Sequence record: SRR31156797_11538
DNA length: 62,838 nucleotides
Direction: 5' to 3' (one strand)
Part shown: positions 27,880-37,007 of the stretch, one piece after another
How the letters are laid out: every line of letters starts with the position of its first letter
Position numbering within the stretch: position 1 is the stretch's first letter
Position numbers and translations under genes: made by a program
The notes under the pieces: model-generated
The model's input: only the letters and a program-made list of their open reading frames with translations
Databases searched by the model: none
Told to the model about the DNA's origin: nothing

Positions 27880-28557
27880 ATGACTTACTACCCTATTTTT
27901 CTTAAAGTGAAAAACCGCAAGTGCCTGCTGGTCGGAGCCGGAGCTGTCGGGGTGCGCAAACTCAAGTCCATACTTGAATGTGACCCTGAACAAATCACTG
28001 TTCTCGATACAGCAAATCCGAGACCGGAAATGCTTGAGATCAGCCATGATCAACGGGTAATCTTTGAGCAGCGTCCTTTTAAGGATGATGATTTAGATGA
28101 TGTATTCATCGCCTTTGCCTGCACCAACAACACAAAGCTCAATCGCCGCATGGCCGATCTATGTGCGGAAAAAAATATTCTCTGCAATATCGCTGACTTT
28201 CCCGAAGGAAGCAACTTTATTGTTCCCTCAGTGATCAAACAGGGAGATTTAACGCTGGCAGTGTCTTCCGGGGGCTGTACCCCGGCATTCACCAAGAGAA
28301 TACGTCGCGAATTACAGGATATTTTCGGTCCACATTATGCTGCTTTTATCACTTTAATGGGAAGAATCAGGCCGCTGGTCCTTGACCTCGGCAAGGAAAC
28401 AAGCCACAACACCGCTTTGTTCAGGCAGCTTGTTGCATCTTCGATTTTAGATGAGCTGGAGGCCGGAGACATGGATCGGGTAAAGAAAATTCTGACCCGG
28501 ACCCTGCCCCAAGAACTTGTTCCCCGTATACCGGAGTTAATTGATGACCTTATTTGA
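27880..28557 (+). CDS. Precorrin-2 dehydrogenase / sirohydrochlorin ferrochelatase (SirC/CysG N-terminal type)
   Basis: YYPIFL, LLVGAGAVG-RK, NIADFP-GSNFIVP and AVSSGG-TP motifs. Confidence 0.9.
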   Translation: MTYYPIFLKVKNRKCLLVGAGAVGVRKLKSILECDPEQITVLDTANPRPEMLEISHDQRVIFEQRPFKDDDLDDVFIAFACTNNTKLNRRMADLCAEKNILCNIADFPEGSNFIVPSVIKQGDLTLAVSSGGCTPAFTKRIRRELQDIFGPHYAAFITLMGRIRPLVLDLGKETSHNTALFRQLVASSILDELEAGDMDRVKKILTRTLPQELVPRIPELIDDLI

Positions 28558-29371
28558 ATTATTCCAGTACGTGATTATCGCCCTTTACCTTGCGGGCACT
28601 GTTTGCTTTTTCTTCGGAAGTCTCAAGAACAACAAGGTATTGGGAAAATTGGGCAACCTTTCCGCTGTAGGCGGATTCGCACTGCACTCCCTTGACCTGC
28701 TTCTGGCAGTTACCCTGTATAGAGGAACTGTCTTAAGCGGTGGATATTTTTATTTCAGCCTGCTGGGCTGGAGTTTTATTCTTGTCTACTTCGGTCTGTG
28801 GTGGAAGCTGCGTTCAACTTTTTTCGCTCTCACCGCATCCCCTTTTGCCCTACTGCTTTTCATCATCTCCCTTGCGTCCCAAAGCCTCAAGGTCACCATT
28901 CCCGCCCATCTGGCAGGACTCTTCATCGGCCTGCATATCGGGACCATTTTCGTCAGCATCGCGCTCATGGCCATGGCAGCCGGAGCCGGGGTAGCTTTCC
29001 TGTACCTGAACAACAAAATTAAAACCAAGGCAAACCTTACCGGAATGGAAAAGGAAATGCCTTCGCTTAATACATTCGACAATGTGAACCATTGGTCGAT
29101 TATTATCGGGTTCCCTCTCTACACTTTGGGGCTTGCTTCCGGATTTCTCTGGGCAAGAGCTGCTTTCACCAAAATGTTTTCATGGGATCCCAAAGAGATC
29201 GTTACTTTAGTGGTCTGGTTTCTTTTTGCCTTCGTTTTCCATCAGCGCATTATGGTGGGCTGGAGAGGCAAGAAACCGGCAATTCTGGTGATTATCGTTT
29301 TCGTCATCACCATGATTTCTCTATGGGGTATCAATTTTTTCGTCCCCACTCACCATAGCTTTAAAGTCTGA
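28541..29371 (+). CDS. CcsA/HemX family membrane protein (cytochrome c assembly family)
   Basis: Multi-TM protein with a WWD-type motif (G-LWA...SWDPKE...W...GWRG); lies in the hem operon. Confidence 0.85.
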   Translation: MMTLFELFQYVIIALYLAGTVCFFFGSLKNNKVLGKLGNLSAVGGFALHSLDLLLAVTLYRGTVLSGGYFYFSLLGWSFILVYFGLWWKLRSTFFALTASPFALLLFIISLASQSLKVTIPAHLAGLFIGLHIGTIFVSIALMAMAAGAGVAFLYLNNKIKTKANLTGMEKEMPSLNTFDNVNHWSIIIGFPLYTLGLASGFLWARAAFTKMFSWDPKEIVTLVVWFLFAFVFHQRIMVGWRGKKPAILVIIVFVITMISLWGINFFVPTHHSFKV

Positions 29372-29372
29372 T

Positions 29373-30692
29373 ATGGACCATAATATTTACCTTATCGGCC
29401 TCAACCACCGCTCCGCCGGAGTGGATGTACGTGAACGTTACGCCCTGACCAATGTAGAGGAATTCGAAGCCGGACTCCTTGAACTTGGTGTGCGTGAAAT
29501 AATGGCTTTATCCACCTGTAATAGGGTTGAGATCCTTGTTGTCTGTCCCCCGGAAATTACCCATACCAATATCCTTGAATATTGGGCCAAAAGATGTTGC
29601 GGTTCTGTTAGCGAGCTTGAACCCAACACCTATTGTCATGACGGATTGAACTCGGTGAAACACCTTTTCCGGGTGGCCTGCAGCCTTGATTCAATGATTG
29701 TCGGTGAACCGCAGATTCTAGGTCAGCTCAAAGATTCATACCGCAAAGCAGTTGATGCTGGAGCTGCAAGGGTCATCATCAACCGTATGCTGCATAAAGC
29801 ATTCTTTGTCGCCAAAAGGGTCCGTACAGAGACTTCCATTGCCTCCAGTGCGGTTTCTATCAGTTATGCTGCGGTTGAACTTGCCAAAAAGATTTTCGGT
29901 GAACTGGAAGGACAACGGGCCATGCTTGTCGGGGCCGGGGAAATGGCAGAACTTGCCGCTACCCACCTGCTGAACAGCGGTGTAGAGCAAATTTCTATCG
30001 CCAACCGCACTTACTCCCGCGCCGAAGATCTGGCCAAATGCATGGGGGGAAACGCAGTTTCCTTTGAAAATCTTTATGATCACCTTGTGGAAACCGATAT
30101 TATCATCAGCTCTACCGGTGCGCCGCACGCAGTCATCTCTGCCAAAGAGATGAAAAAGGTCATCAAGAAGCGCAAGTACCGCCCCATGTTCTTTATTGAT
30201 ATCGCAGTTCCCCGCGACATAGACCCGGACGTTAACGGTCTGGACAACGTCTATCTTTACGATATTGATGATCTTAAAGATGTGGTTGAAGAAAACAAAT
30301 CCCAGCGCGAAGATGAAGCAATCAAGGCCAATTCTATCGTGGAATTTGAGACTCTTTCCTTTGGCAACTGGATTAATTCTCTCGACCTACAGCCAACCAT
30401 TGTGGATCTTTTCAACCGCAGTGAGAGTGTAGCCCAGCAAGAGCTTGCCAAGACCCTTAAACGGCTCGGTGAGGTTGATGCCAAGACCCACAAGGCTCTA
30501 GAAACCATGGCTATGTCCATCGGAAAGAAACTACTCCATGAGCCTGTTGCCTTTCTCAAGCGCCGTACCGAGGAAGAAGGGAAAGCTGATGAATTTGTTG
30601 ATCTTGCACGGCGCATGTTTAATCTGGATAATGAGACAATTCCTGCAGACGCTCATTGCGGACGGAAGAAAAAGAATAATTTTGATAACTAA
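29373..30692 (+). CDS. hemA: Glutamyl-tRNA reductase
   Basis: GLNHR, LSTCNRVE, SLDSMIVGEPQILGQ, GAGEMA and DIAVPRDI motifs. Confidence 0.97.
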   Translation: MDHNIYLIGLNHRSAGVDVRERYALTNVEEFEAGLLELGVREIMALSTCNRVEILVVCPPEITHTNILEYWAKRCCGSVSELEPNTYCHDGLNSVKHLFRVACSLDSMIVGEPQILGQLKDSYRKAVDAGAARVIINRMLHKAFFVAKRVRTETSIASSAVSISYAAVELAKKIFGELEGQRAMLVGAGEMAELAATHLLNSGVEQISIANRTYSRAEDLAKCMGGNAVSFENLYDHLVETDIIISSTGAPHAVISAKEMKKVIKKRKYRPMFFIDIAVPRDIDPDVNGLDNVYLYDIDDLKDVVEENKSQREDEAIKANSIVEFETLSFGNWINSLDLQPTIVDLFNRSESVAQQELAKTLKRLGEVDAKTHKALETMAMSIGKKLLHEPVAFLKRRTEEEGKADEFVDLARRMFNLDNETIPADAHCGRKKKNNFDN

Positions 30693-30703
30693 AGGATAGG
30701 TTC

Positions 30704-31039
30704 ATGAGAAATTACCTTCTTGAAGATATTTATGAAGAAGATCTGACTAAAATTGTCGATGCCCTCAAGGAAGTAGGATTTTCAGGGCCTATTGATGATA
30801 TTTTTTACCTGCCCATTCCTGAAGAACTTCTGCAGGATGTCCAAAAAGAACATCTCGGCGAATGTGGACCTTACTTCATGGCTCTTGAGGTTATGGAGAA
30901 CAGCATGAAAATCGAGCTGCTGGTCCGGGCTTCGAATAAGATACGTTGTGAATGTGTGGCATACGCCAATCCCGAACAGCGTAACCATATGCTCGATTAT
31001 ATGGACAAATTTATCATGGATCTGGGTGTGCATTTGTAG
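30704..31039 (+). CDS. Hypothetical protein (111 aa; H-x2-CGP and RCECV Cys motifs)
   Basis: SD AAGGA and operonic position after hemA; no family recognised. Confidence 0.7.
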   Translation: MRNYLLEDIYEEDLTKIVDALKEVGFSGPIDDIFYLPIPEELLQDVQKEHLGECGPYFMALEVMENSMKIELLVRASNKIRCECVAYANPEQRNHMLDYMDKFIMDLGVHL

Positions 31040-31043
31040 AAGA

Positions 31044-31070
31044 TGCCTCCGGCGACTTAAAACCTTTTAG
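31044..31070 (+). repeat. Intergenic REP-like element copy (TGCCTCCGGCGACTTAAAACCTTTTAG)
   Basis: Matches 3809-3834 with few substitutions; starts 4 nt after a stop codon. Confidence 0.6.
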
Positions 31071-31092
31071 TAGGGCTTCGCCGATTTAAATT

Positions 31093-32118
31093 ATGAAATC
31101 GTTGCCAACTAAGATTCAGGAACTAAGTCCTAAGCTCGCAAAGCTTTGCTTAGATATTGAAAAATTTGGCAAACTTAAATCCAGTGATGAATTTTCTTCA
31201 AAATTTATGCTCGTTGGTGTATCCGGCGGCATTGATTCCACTGCTTTATTGATTATCGCAACCCTGCTCGCCCGGAAATCTGGTGGCAGGGTTTTTTGCG
31301 CTCATGTAGATCATGGTTTGCGCAATGAAGCTGTTGGGGATCGCGCTTTTGTTGAGGATCTTTGCGCTGAGCTGGATGTGCCAGTGGAATCGCTTAGGGC
31401 CGATGTTGCAGGGTATGCTGAACAAAATTCCATAGGCCTTGAAGAAGCCGGACGCATTATTCGCTACGATTTTTTCAAGCAGTGCTTAAAGAAATTTGAT
31501 GCGGATTATTTACTGCTGGCTCATCATGTAGGTGATTTGTCGGAAGATGTTGTCATGCGCCTTATCCGGGGAACCGGCTGGCCCGCTCTTGCTGGGATGG
31601 ATGCTTATGATCCTGCGCGAAAACTGCTGCGCCCCCTGCTCTCTACTAAAAAGGAAGAGCTTGAAGATTTTTTGCGTTCCATCAACTGCCCTTGGCGGGA
31701 AGATGAAAGTAATCTTTCAGATAAATATACCCGCAACCGCGTCCGGAATAAAATCATGCCCCTGCTTCACGAAGAGAATTCCAATCTTGGAGTCGGTTTA
31801 GTCAGATTAAAAAATCAGGCAGAACTTGATGAAGCTTATTGGGATGAACAAATTGCGGAAGCCCTTAGGCATCTACAAAGATTTGAAGATGGTGGAATAT
31901 TATTACCTTGTTCAATTTTGAACAAACATCATCCAGCCTTAAGGCTGCGTATTTATAAAAAAATTTTAGATAACCTTGGGCCGGGCCATGCCCTATTTGA
32001 TTCGATTTTGCTCTTGGATCAAGGTTTTTTGAGCCGAAAGCCCGGTTCAACCTTCCAATTCCCCGGAAACAAGGTTGTTAAGGTCAATAAAGCAGGACTC
32101 TTATTCAAAGTTAATTAG
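31093..32118 (+). CDS. tilS: tRNA(Ile)-lysidine synthetase
   Basis: VSGGIDS, HVDHGLR, EEAGR-RY, AHH-D, RPLL and DESN-RNRVR motifs. Confidence 0.93.
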   Translation: MKSLPTKIQELSPKLAKLCLDIEKFGKLKSSDEFSSKFMLVGVSGGIDSTALLIIATLLARKSGGRVFCAHVDHGLRNEAVGDRAFVEDLCAELDVPVESLRADVAGYAEQNSIGLEEAGRIIRYDFFKQCLKKFDADYLLLAHHVGDLSEDVVMRLIRGTGWPALAGMDAYDPARKLLRPLLSTKKEELEDFLRSINCPWREDESNLSDKYTRNRVRNKIMPLLHEENSNLGVGLVRLKNQAELDEAYWDEQIAEALRHLQRFEDGGILLPCSILNKHHPALRLRIYKKILDNLGPGHALFDSILLLDQGFLSRKPGSTFQFPGNKVVKVNKAGLLFKVN

Positions 32119-32122
32119 AGGA

Positions 32123-32151
32123 TTGACAGCGACGACAGCAAGGTTTAGAAC
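32123..32151 (+). promoter_or_regulatory. sigma70-type promoter of adk
   Basis: TTGACA (32123-32128), 17-nt spacer, TAGAAC (32146-32151). Confidence 0.65.
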
Positions 32152-32171
32152 TTTGTGAAATTTGTTACTAA
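32152..32171. promoter_or_regulatory. Putative Rex operator upstream of adk
   Basis: TTTGTGAAATTTGTTACTAA resembles the Rex box TTGTGAA-N4-TTCACAA and sits immediately after the -10 element. Confidence 0.6.
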
Positions 32172-32191
32172 TTCTTTAGGAGGACAACAGT

Positions 32192-32863
32192 ATGAATATT
32201 CTTATTTTTGGACCCAACGGTAGTGGTAAAGGAACTCAGGGCGCTCTCGCTAAGAAAAAATTCGACCTCGATCACATCGAATCCGGTGCAATCTTCCGTA
32301 AGCACATCGGTGGCGGCACCGAGCTCGGTATGAAAGCTAAAGAATACATCGACAAAGGTGAGCTCGTACCTGATGATATCACCATCCCTATGGTTCTGGA
32401 CGTTCTCCAGTCTTCCAGCGAAAACGGCTGGTTGCTTGACGGTTTCCCCCGCTCCATCGTACAGGCTGAAAAGCTTTGGGAAGCTCTTGAAAAAGACGGT
32501 GTAAAGCTCGATTACGTTATCGAAATCCTGCTGCCCCGCGAAGTTGCTAAAAACCGCATCATGGGCCGTCGCCTTTGCGAAAACGATCCTAACCACCCCA
32601 ACAACAAATTCATCGACGCTATCAAGCCCGACGGAGACAAATGTCGCGTATGTGGCGGTGCTCTTTCCGAGCGCGCTGATGACCAGGACGAAGATGCAAT
32701 CAGCAAACGTCACGACATCTACTATGATGACAAGACCGGTACTGTTGCAGCAGCATACTTCTATAAAGATCTGGCTCCTAAAGCTGGCTTCAAATACATT
32801 GAACTCGACGGTGAAGGCACCATCGATGCGATCAAAGAGACCCTCATGGCTCAGCTCGTTTAG
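32192..32863 (+). CDS. adk: Adenylate kinase with metal-binding LID (C-x5-H-x15-C-x2-C)
   Basis: GPNGSGKGTQ, LDGFPR and RRLCENDPNH...KCRVCG-L-RADD motifs. Confidence 0.97.
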   Translation: MNILIFGPNGSGKGTQGALAKKKFDLDHIESGAIFRKHIGGGTELGMKAKEYIDKGELVPDDITIPMVLDVLQSSSENGWLLDGFPRSIVQAEKLWEALEKDGVKLDYVIEILLPREVAKNRIMGRRLCENDPNHPNNKFIDAIKPDGDKCRVCGGALSERADDQDEDAISKRHDIYYDDKTGTVAAAYFYKDLAPKAGFKYIELDGEGTIDAIKETLMAQLV

Positions 32864-32882
32864 TTCGAAGTTTGCCGAATAT

Positions 32883-32920
32883 AAAAGGCCCGCAGTCAAT
32901 ATGACTGCGGGCCTTTTTTT
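32883..32920. terminator. Bidirectional intrinsic terminator after adk
   Basis: AAAAGGCCCGCAGTCA/TGACTGCGGGCCTTTT plus T-tract. Confidence 0.85.
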
Positions 32921-32938
32921 GTTTAAAGTAGATTCTAT

Positions 32939-34363
32939 CTAATCATCATCAACAATAATAGTCGGGAACATACCCTGCTTTTCTCCACCCAAATAAGGCT
33001 GGAACAGGTTGTAGGAAACATACTGTGTTCTCTGAGCATGACCTCTGCTTTCAGCATTTCCATCATAGCGGGCACCGTTCTCCACCAGAATATGTTCAAT
33101 ACGGTTCTGGAAATCACGGACAAATGCCGCGCCGTCACCATAAAAAGACATATTGCCCATACTGATAGCTTTGCCCTTGGAAAAATCAGCCAATGACATG
33201 GCCTGAGTTTCAAGGTCACTCTGCTTGGTCACATGCCCCCAGACAATTGTTTCGTCGGGTATTTCGATAGGTTCTGAAGCATGGATAATGGTGTGAGGCA
33301 TAACAATTGAGCCTGCCCCAACAGAAACCTGACTTTCTTCAGTGCCATGTAAGAAAGAGTTAAAGCCGATAAAGACTTTCTCCCCGATATTTGAATGAAC
33401 CAACTTGCCACCGTGAGCAACAACCACCAATCCGGCAAAACGAGTATCCACGATGAAACTGTTTTCCTGTGCATTGGACCCGGTACCGAGTACTGAATTT
33501 TCAATGTATGCCCGCTGGGCCACAAGGCAGTTTCCACCTATTACACAGTGTCCTTTGACCACTGAATACCGACTCACAAAAGCATTCTCGGGTACCCATA
33601 CCGGAAATTTATCTGCCAGAGAATCATATACGGGCAGGAAATCGCTCCTACGATCTTTGAGAAAATCAGCAAATAAACCGACAAGCTCGCCATCCTGATC
33701 CCATGAAATATATTTTTCTAAAGTCGCCTGCGGATAGCGGTAATCGAATTCATATTTACCTTCAGCTTTAATCCAGATGCGCCCGGGATCAATGCAGGCC
33801 TTGGATAAATCCCCGGCCTGAACATAGCTGTAATTTCCGAGAATACAATTATGCAGCACGGAAAGATCGGCGGTAGCAAATGCTCCAAGATAAGCACCTT
33901 CTGTGGTGGTACCGTGAATGTTTGCATAGTGCATGGAAACAGTATTCTGGATACGGAATAGTTCAGGAATTTCAGGATTGCGGGAATGGTTGTGGACGAG
34001 GGTTTTAAAGAGGAAACTATTTACAACCAGAATGATCTCATCACGATAAAGCTCTGTTGATACTCCACCGAAATCAACTTCAGTCCCTGCAGTTTTCAGC
34101 TCATCGCCGCGAATATCACTCCTGAGGATGATCGAACGGTCTACATCACATTTTCCAAGAAAATACGATCCGCCAAGGTTACTTTCCCGGAAGCGAAAAT
34201 AGATAGGATGGTCAATGGACAGTGCGTAATACGCATAATATTCAGTCAATTTTCCAATATCAATAGTGGAATTAAGGGCCTGCTCAACATCCAGTCCCAT
34301 GGGACGGAGATTAACATTCACCCTAGATATAATATGATTGATAAGTTTTTTGATTCGTTTCAT
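32939..34363 (-). CDS. Left-handed beta-helix protein with two gamma-carbonic-anhydrase-like domains
   Basis: Hexapeptide repeats; SDIRGDE, LVH and SMHYANIHG in the N-half; SNAQENS, VAHGG and FIGFNSFL in the C-half. Confidence 0.7.
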   Translation of the reverse strand: MKRIKKLINHIISRVNVNLRPMGLDVEQALNSTIDIGKLTEYYAYYALSIDHPIYFRFRESNLGGSYFLGKCDVDRSIILRSDIRGDELKTAGTEVDFGGVSTELYRDEIILVVNSFLFKTLVHNHSRNPEIPELFRIQNTVSMHYANIHGTTTEGAYLGAFATADLSVLHNCILGNYSYVQAGDLSKACIDPGRIWIKAEGKYEFDYRYPQATLEKYISWDQDGELVGLFADFLKDRRSDFLPVYDSLADKFPVWVPENAFVSRYSVVKGHCVIGGNCLVAQRAYIENSVLGTGSNAQENSFIVDTRFAGLVVVAHGGKLVHSNIGEKVFIGFNSFLHGTEESQVSVGAGSIVMPHTIIHASEPIEIPDETIVWGHVTKQSDLETQAMSLADFSKGKAISMGNMSFYGDGAAFVRDFQNRIEHILVENGARYDGNAESRGHAQRTQYVSYNLFQPYLGGEKQGMFPTIIVDDD

Positions 34364-34530
34364 GTCTACCCCTTATCTACCAGACATACAGTCCAGCCTA
34401 GCCGGGGAATCCCCGGATTATCTGCATCAGTTTAAAAGACAGTTTGCAGTAATTGATTTTTACGAAGGTACCTTTTCCCCCGACGGCATTCAATAGAAAA
34501 AATGTCGTAATTTTATTAAGTTGAATCATA

Positions 34531-34569
34531 AAAAAGCCCCATCTGAGTATGTGTTTACTCAGATGGGGC
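34531..34569 (-). terminator. Intrinsic terminator after mgtE
   Basis: 14-bp stem GCCCCATCTGAGTA/TACTCAGATGGGGC with an A-tract. Confidence 0.8.
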
Positions 34570-34596
34570 AAATAATCATAACATCTACTTGGACGA

Positions 34597-35949
34597 CTAA
34601 AGAAGGAATATTCCGGCAAGACCAAGTAGCGATAAGAATCCGAAACTATCCGTAATGGTAGTCAGAAAAATAGAGGAAGCTTGTGCAGGGTCACGTCCAA
34701 ATTCCTTGAGAATAATAGGTATCGCCCCGCCGACCACAGCACCTAACACCATATCAATAAAAAGCGCTCCTGACATGACCATTGCCAGTGCATAATTGCC
34801 GGTCAGCATGAATACCGCTCCGAGAACTAAAAAAGAAACGCATATTCCATTTGCAAGACCGATCTTAAATTCACGTAGAACCGCTTCCCAAGATTTTTTG
34901 CGGTCAAATTTTTCCGTAGCAAATTGACGAATCATGACCGCGAGGGCCTGCTGACCGGTATTACCGGCCTGGTTAGCAACAATGGGCATGAGTACAGCTA
35001 GCATAGCCATCTTGGCGATGTTGCCCTCAAATAAATGAACCACCCATGCTGAAATTGCAGAGTTTGCCACGTTGATAACAAGCCACGGCAGACGTTTTTT
35101 AACCGAATATCCCCACGGTGAATCTACTGTTTCGTCAGTACCCGCACCAACCATTGACTGCATATCCTCACTGGCCTCTTCATTAATAATGTCAATGACA
35201 TCATCAACTGTGACAACCCCGAGAAAACGATGGTCAAAATCGGTAACGGGCATAGCAAGAAAATTGTAGTGCGCAATGAGGCGAGCTACTTCCTCTTTGT
35301 CCACATTGTAATTTACGGAAATTAAGTGCTGGTTATGGGTCAGTTCGGTTAGCATCTTGCCTGCGCGAGATAAAAGCAAATCGCGCATGGAAACCACACC
35401 CACAAGCTGATTACGGCGGCCGACCACATAGGCATAGTAAGGAATACTTTTGTCTTCCACTTCCTTGCGGATCTCCGCAATGGCCTGATCAACCGTCATA
35501 TTGTCACGGACAATAGCAACTTCGGTGGTCATGACGCCACCGGCAGTATCAGGATCAAAAGTCAACAGGGTTGAAATTTCTTCCCTGTCTTCGGCCTTGA
35601 TTTGACGCAAAAGGGTTTCCCGCAAATCATCATCAAGTTCCTCAAGAATGTCCGTGGCATCATCCGGGGACATTATCTCAAGGATACGGGCGGCCATTCC
35701 GACATTCAGTCGTTCAATGAGTTCCCGCTGATCATATTTTTCCATCTCGGCAATAGAATCCGCGGCATCGCGAATGGGTAACTGCTTGATGAACTTAACC
35801 TGTTCTTCCAGACCAAGTTCTTCAATATGATCAGCAGCATCCGCAGGGTGCATGGCATCGATAACGCGCTGATCAACTTCACCTGCGCGTCCTTTGCCGT
35901 GTTCCTGCCACCGCCGTAATGGTTCGGGTATACCTTTTGGATTAGCCAT
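34597..35949 (-). CDS. mgtE: Magnesium transporter MgtE
   Basis: HPADAAD, TAGGVMT, CBS pair, GVVTVDD, RLPWL, GNTGQQ and DPA-AS-FLTTITD motifs. Confidence 0.95.
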   Translation of the reverse strand: MANPKGIPEPLRRWQEHGKGRAGEVDQRVIDAMHPADAADHIEELGLEEQVKFIKQLPIRDAADSIAEMEKYDQRELIERLNVGMAARILEIMSPDDATDILEELDDDLRETLLRQIKAEDREEISTLLTFDPDTAGGVMTTEVAIVRDNMTVDQAIAEIRKEVEDKSIPYYAYVVGRRNQLVGVVSMRDLLLSRAGKMLTELTHNQHLISVNYNVDKEEVARLIAHYNFLAMPVTDFDHRFLGVVTVDDVIDIINEEASEDMQSMVGAGTDETVDSPWGYSVKKRLPWLVINVANSAISAWVVHLFEGNIAKMAMLAVLMPIVANQAGNTGQQALAVMIRQFATEKFDRKKSWEAVLREFKIGLANGICVSFLVLGAVFMLTGNYALAMVMSGALFIDMVLGAVVGGAIPIILKEFGRDPAQASSIFLTTITDSFGFLSLLGLAGIFLL

Positions 35950-36017
35950 GGCGCATCAACTATACCAAATAGAATCAAAGGTCAAAATTTATCACCCTGA
36001 AACTGCTGAAAAATAAG

Positions 36018-36037
36018 TTTGTGAAATCCTTCTCAGC
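36018..36037. promoter_or_regulatory. Possible Rex-like box between divergent mgtE and nadC
   Basis: TTTGTGAAATCCTTCTCAGC has a perfect left half-site and a partial right half-site. Confidence 0.35.
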
Positions 36038-36120
36038 CCTTGTGCTGCCTCATAAAACGGGATACCAAATTTCGTTACATGACTTCAAACACAATGTTAC
36101 AAAATATTAACAGGATTCAT

Positions 36121-36996
36121 ATGACTGAAAACGCATTTAACGACTTCTTTCAGGCCGAAGCAAAAATGTTCCTTCTGGCCACCATAAGAATAGCTTTAAG
36201 CGAAGACGGCCCGGACCTGACCTCACTGGGCCTGTTTGAGCAGGATGATATTGCAACTGCTCAAATCATCGCCAAAGAAGATACTGTTATCTCCGGACTG
36301 CCCCTTATTCACTTGATTCTTGAATTTGCAGATCAGGAAAACAAATGTCAGGTGCATCTCAATGTTGATGAAGGAGACAAGATATCTAAGGGAACACTCA
36401 TTGCGGCCATCCAAGGACCTGCCGGCCTGCTCCTCAAGGCTGAGCGTGTTATCCTGAACTTCATCTCCCACATGTCCGGAATCGCGACTGAAACCCGTAA
36501 ATACGTAGACGCGCTGGATCATAGCGAGACTATCCTCCTCGATACCCGCAAGACCCTGCCCGGCCTGCGTTACCCTGAAAAATACGCGGTCCTTTGCGGC
36601 GGAGCCAAAAACCACCGGCTCAATCTGGTGGAAATGCTCATGCTCAAGGACAACCACATTGACCGCGCCGGATCAATCACATCCGCCGTGGAAAAACTGC
36701 GCGCTAAATATGATCAGGAATGTCCGCCCATCGAGGTGGAATGCCGCAATCAGGAAGAAGTGGATGAAGCAGTAGCCTGTAAGGTTGAAAGGATCATGCT
36801 CGATAACATGACCTTTGATGAAGCCAAGGCCGCTATCACGACCATTCCCGATGAAATTGAAACCGAGATCAGCGGAAATGTGACCCTTGAAACCATTGCC
36901 AAACTTGCAGAAGCAGGTCCGGATTACATATCCGTAGGCAGGATCACCCACTCTGCAAAATGCTCCGACATGAGCATGCAGATCATACCGATGTAG
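36121..36996 (+). CDS. nadC: Quinolinate phosphoribosyltransferase
   Basis: AERVILNF-MSGIAT, LDTRKTLPGLR, GG-NHR, LKDNH, IMLDNM and ISVGRITHS motifs; ATG at 36121 follows AGGA. Confidence 0.96.
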   Translation: MTENAFNDFFQAEAKMFLLATIRIALSEDGPDLTSLGLFEQDDIATAQIIAKEDTVISGLPLIHLILEFADQENKCQVHLNVDEGDKISKGTLIAAIQGPAGLLLKAERVILNFISHMSGIATETRKYVDALDHSETILLDTRKTLPGLRYPEKYAVLCGGAKNHRLNLVEMLMLKDNHIDRAGSITSAVEKLRAKYDQECPPIEVECRNQEEVDEAVACKVERIMLDNMTFDEAKAAITTIPDEIETEISGNVTLETIAKLAEAGPDYISVGRITHSAKCSDMSMQIIPM

Positions 36997-37007
36997 GTTC
37001 TACTTTG

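Noticed and set aside
27880-30692. ccsA-like gene in the hem operon as a novel system
   Set aside because: The precorrin-2 dehydrogenase-ccsA/hemX-hemA arrangement is a familiar conserved block.
36040-36120. Extended N-termini from the ORF track (nadC, nadA, rarA, glyS, glyQ, SurA-like, GT9, precorrin-2 dehydrogenase)
   Set aside because: Downstream starts fit the SD position or stop-start overlaps and family N-termini better, so the coordinates were trimmed.
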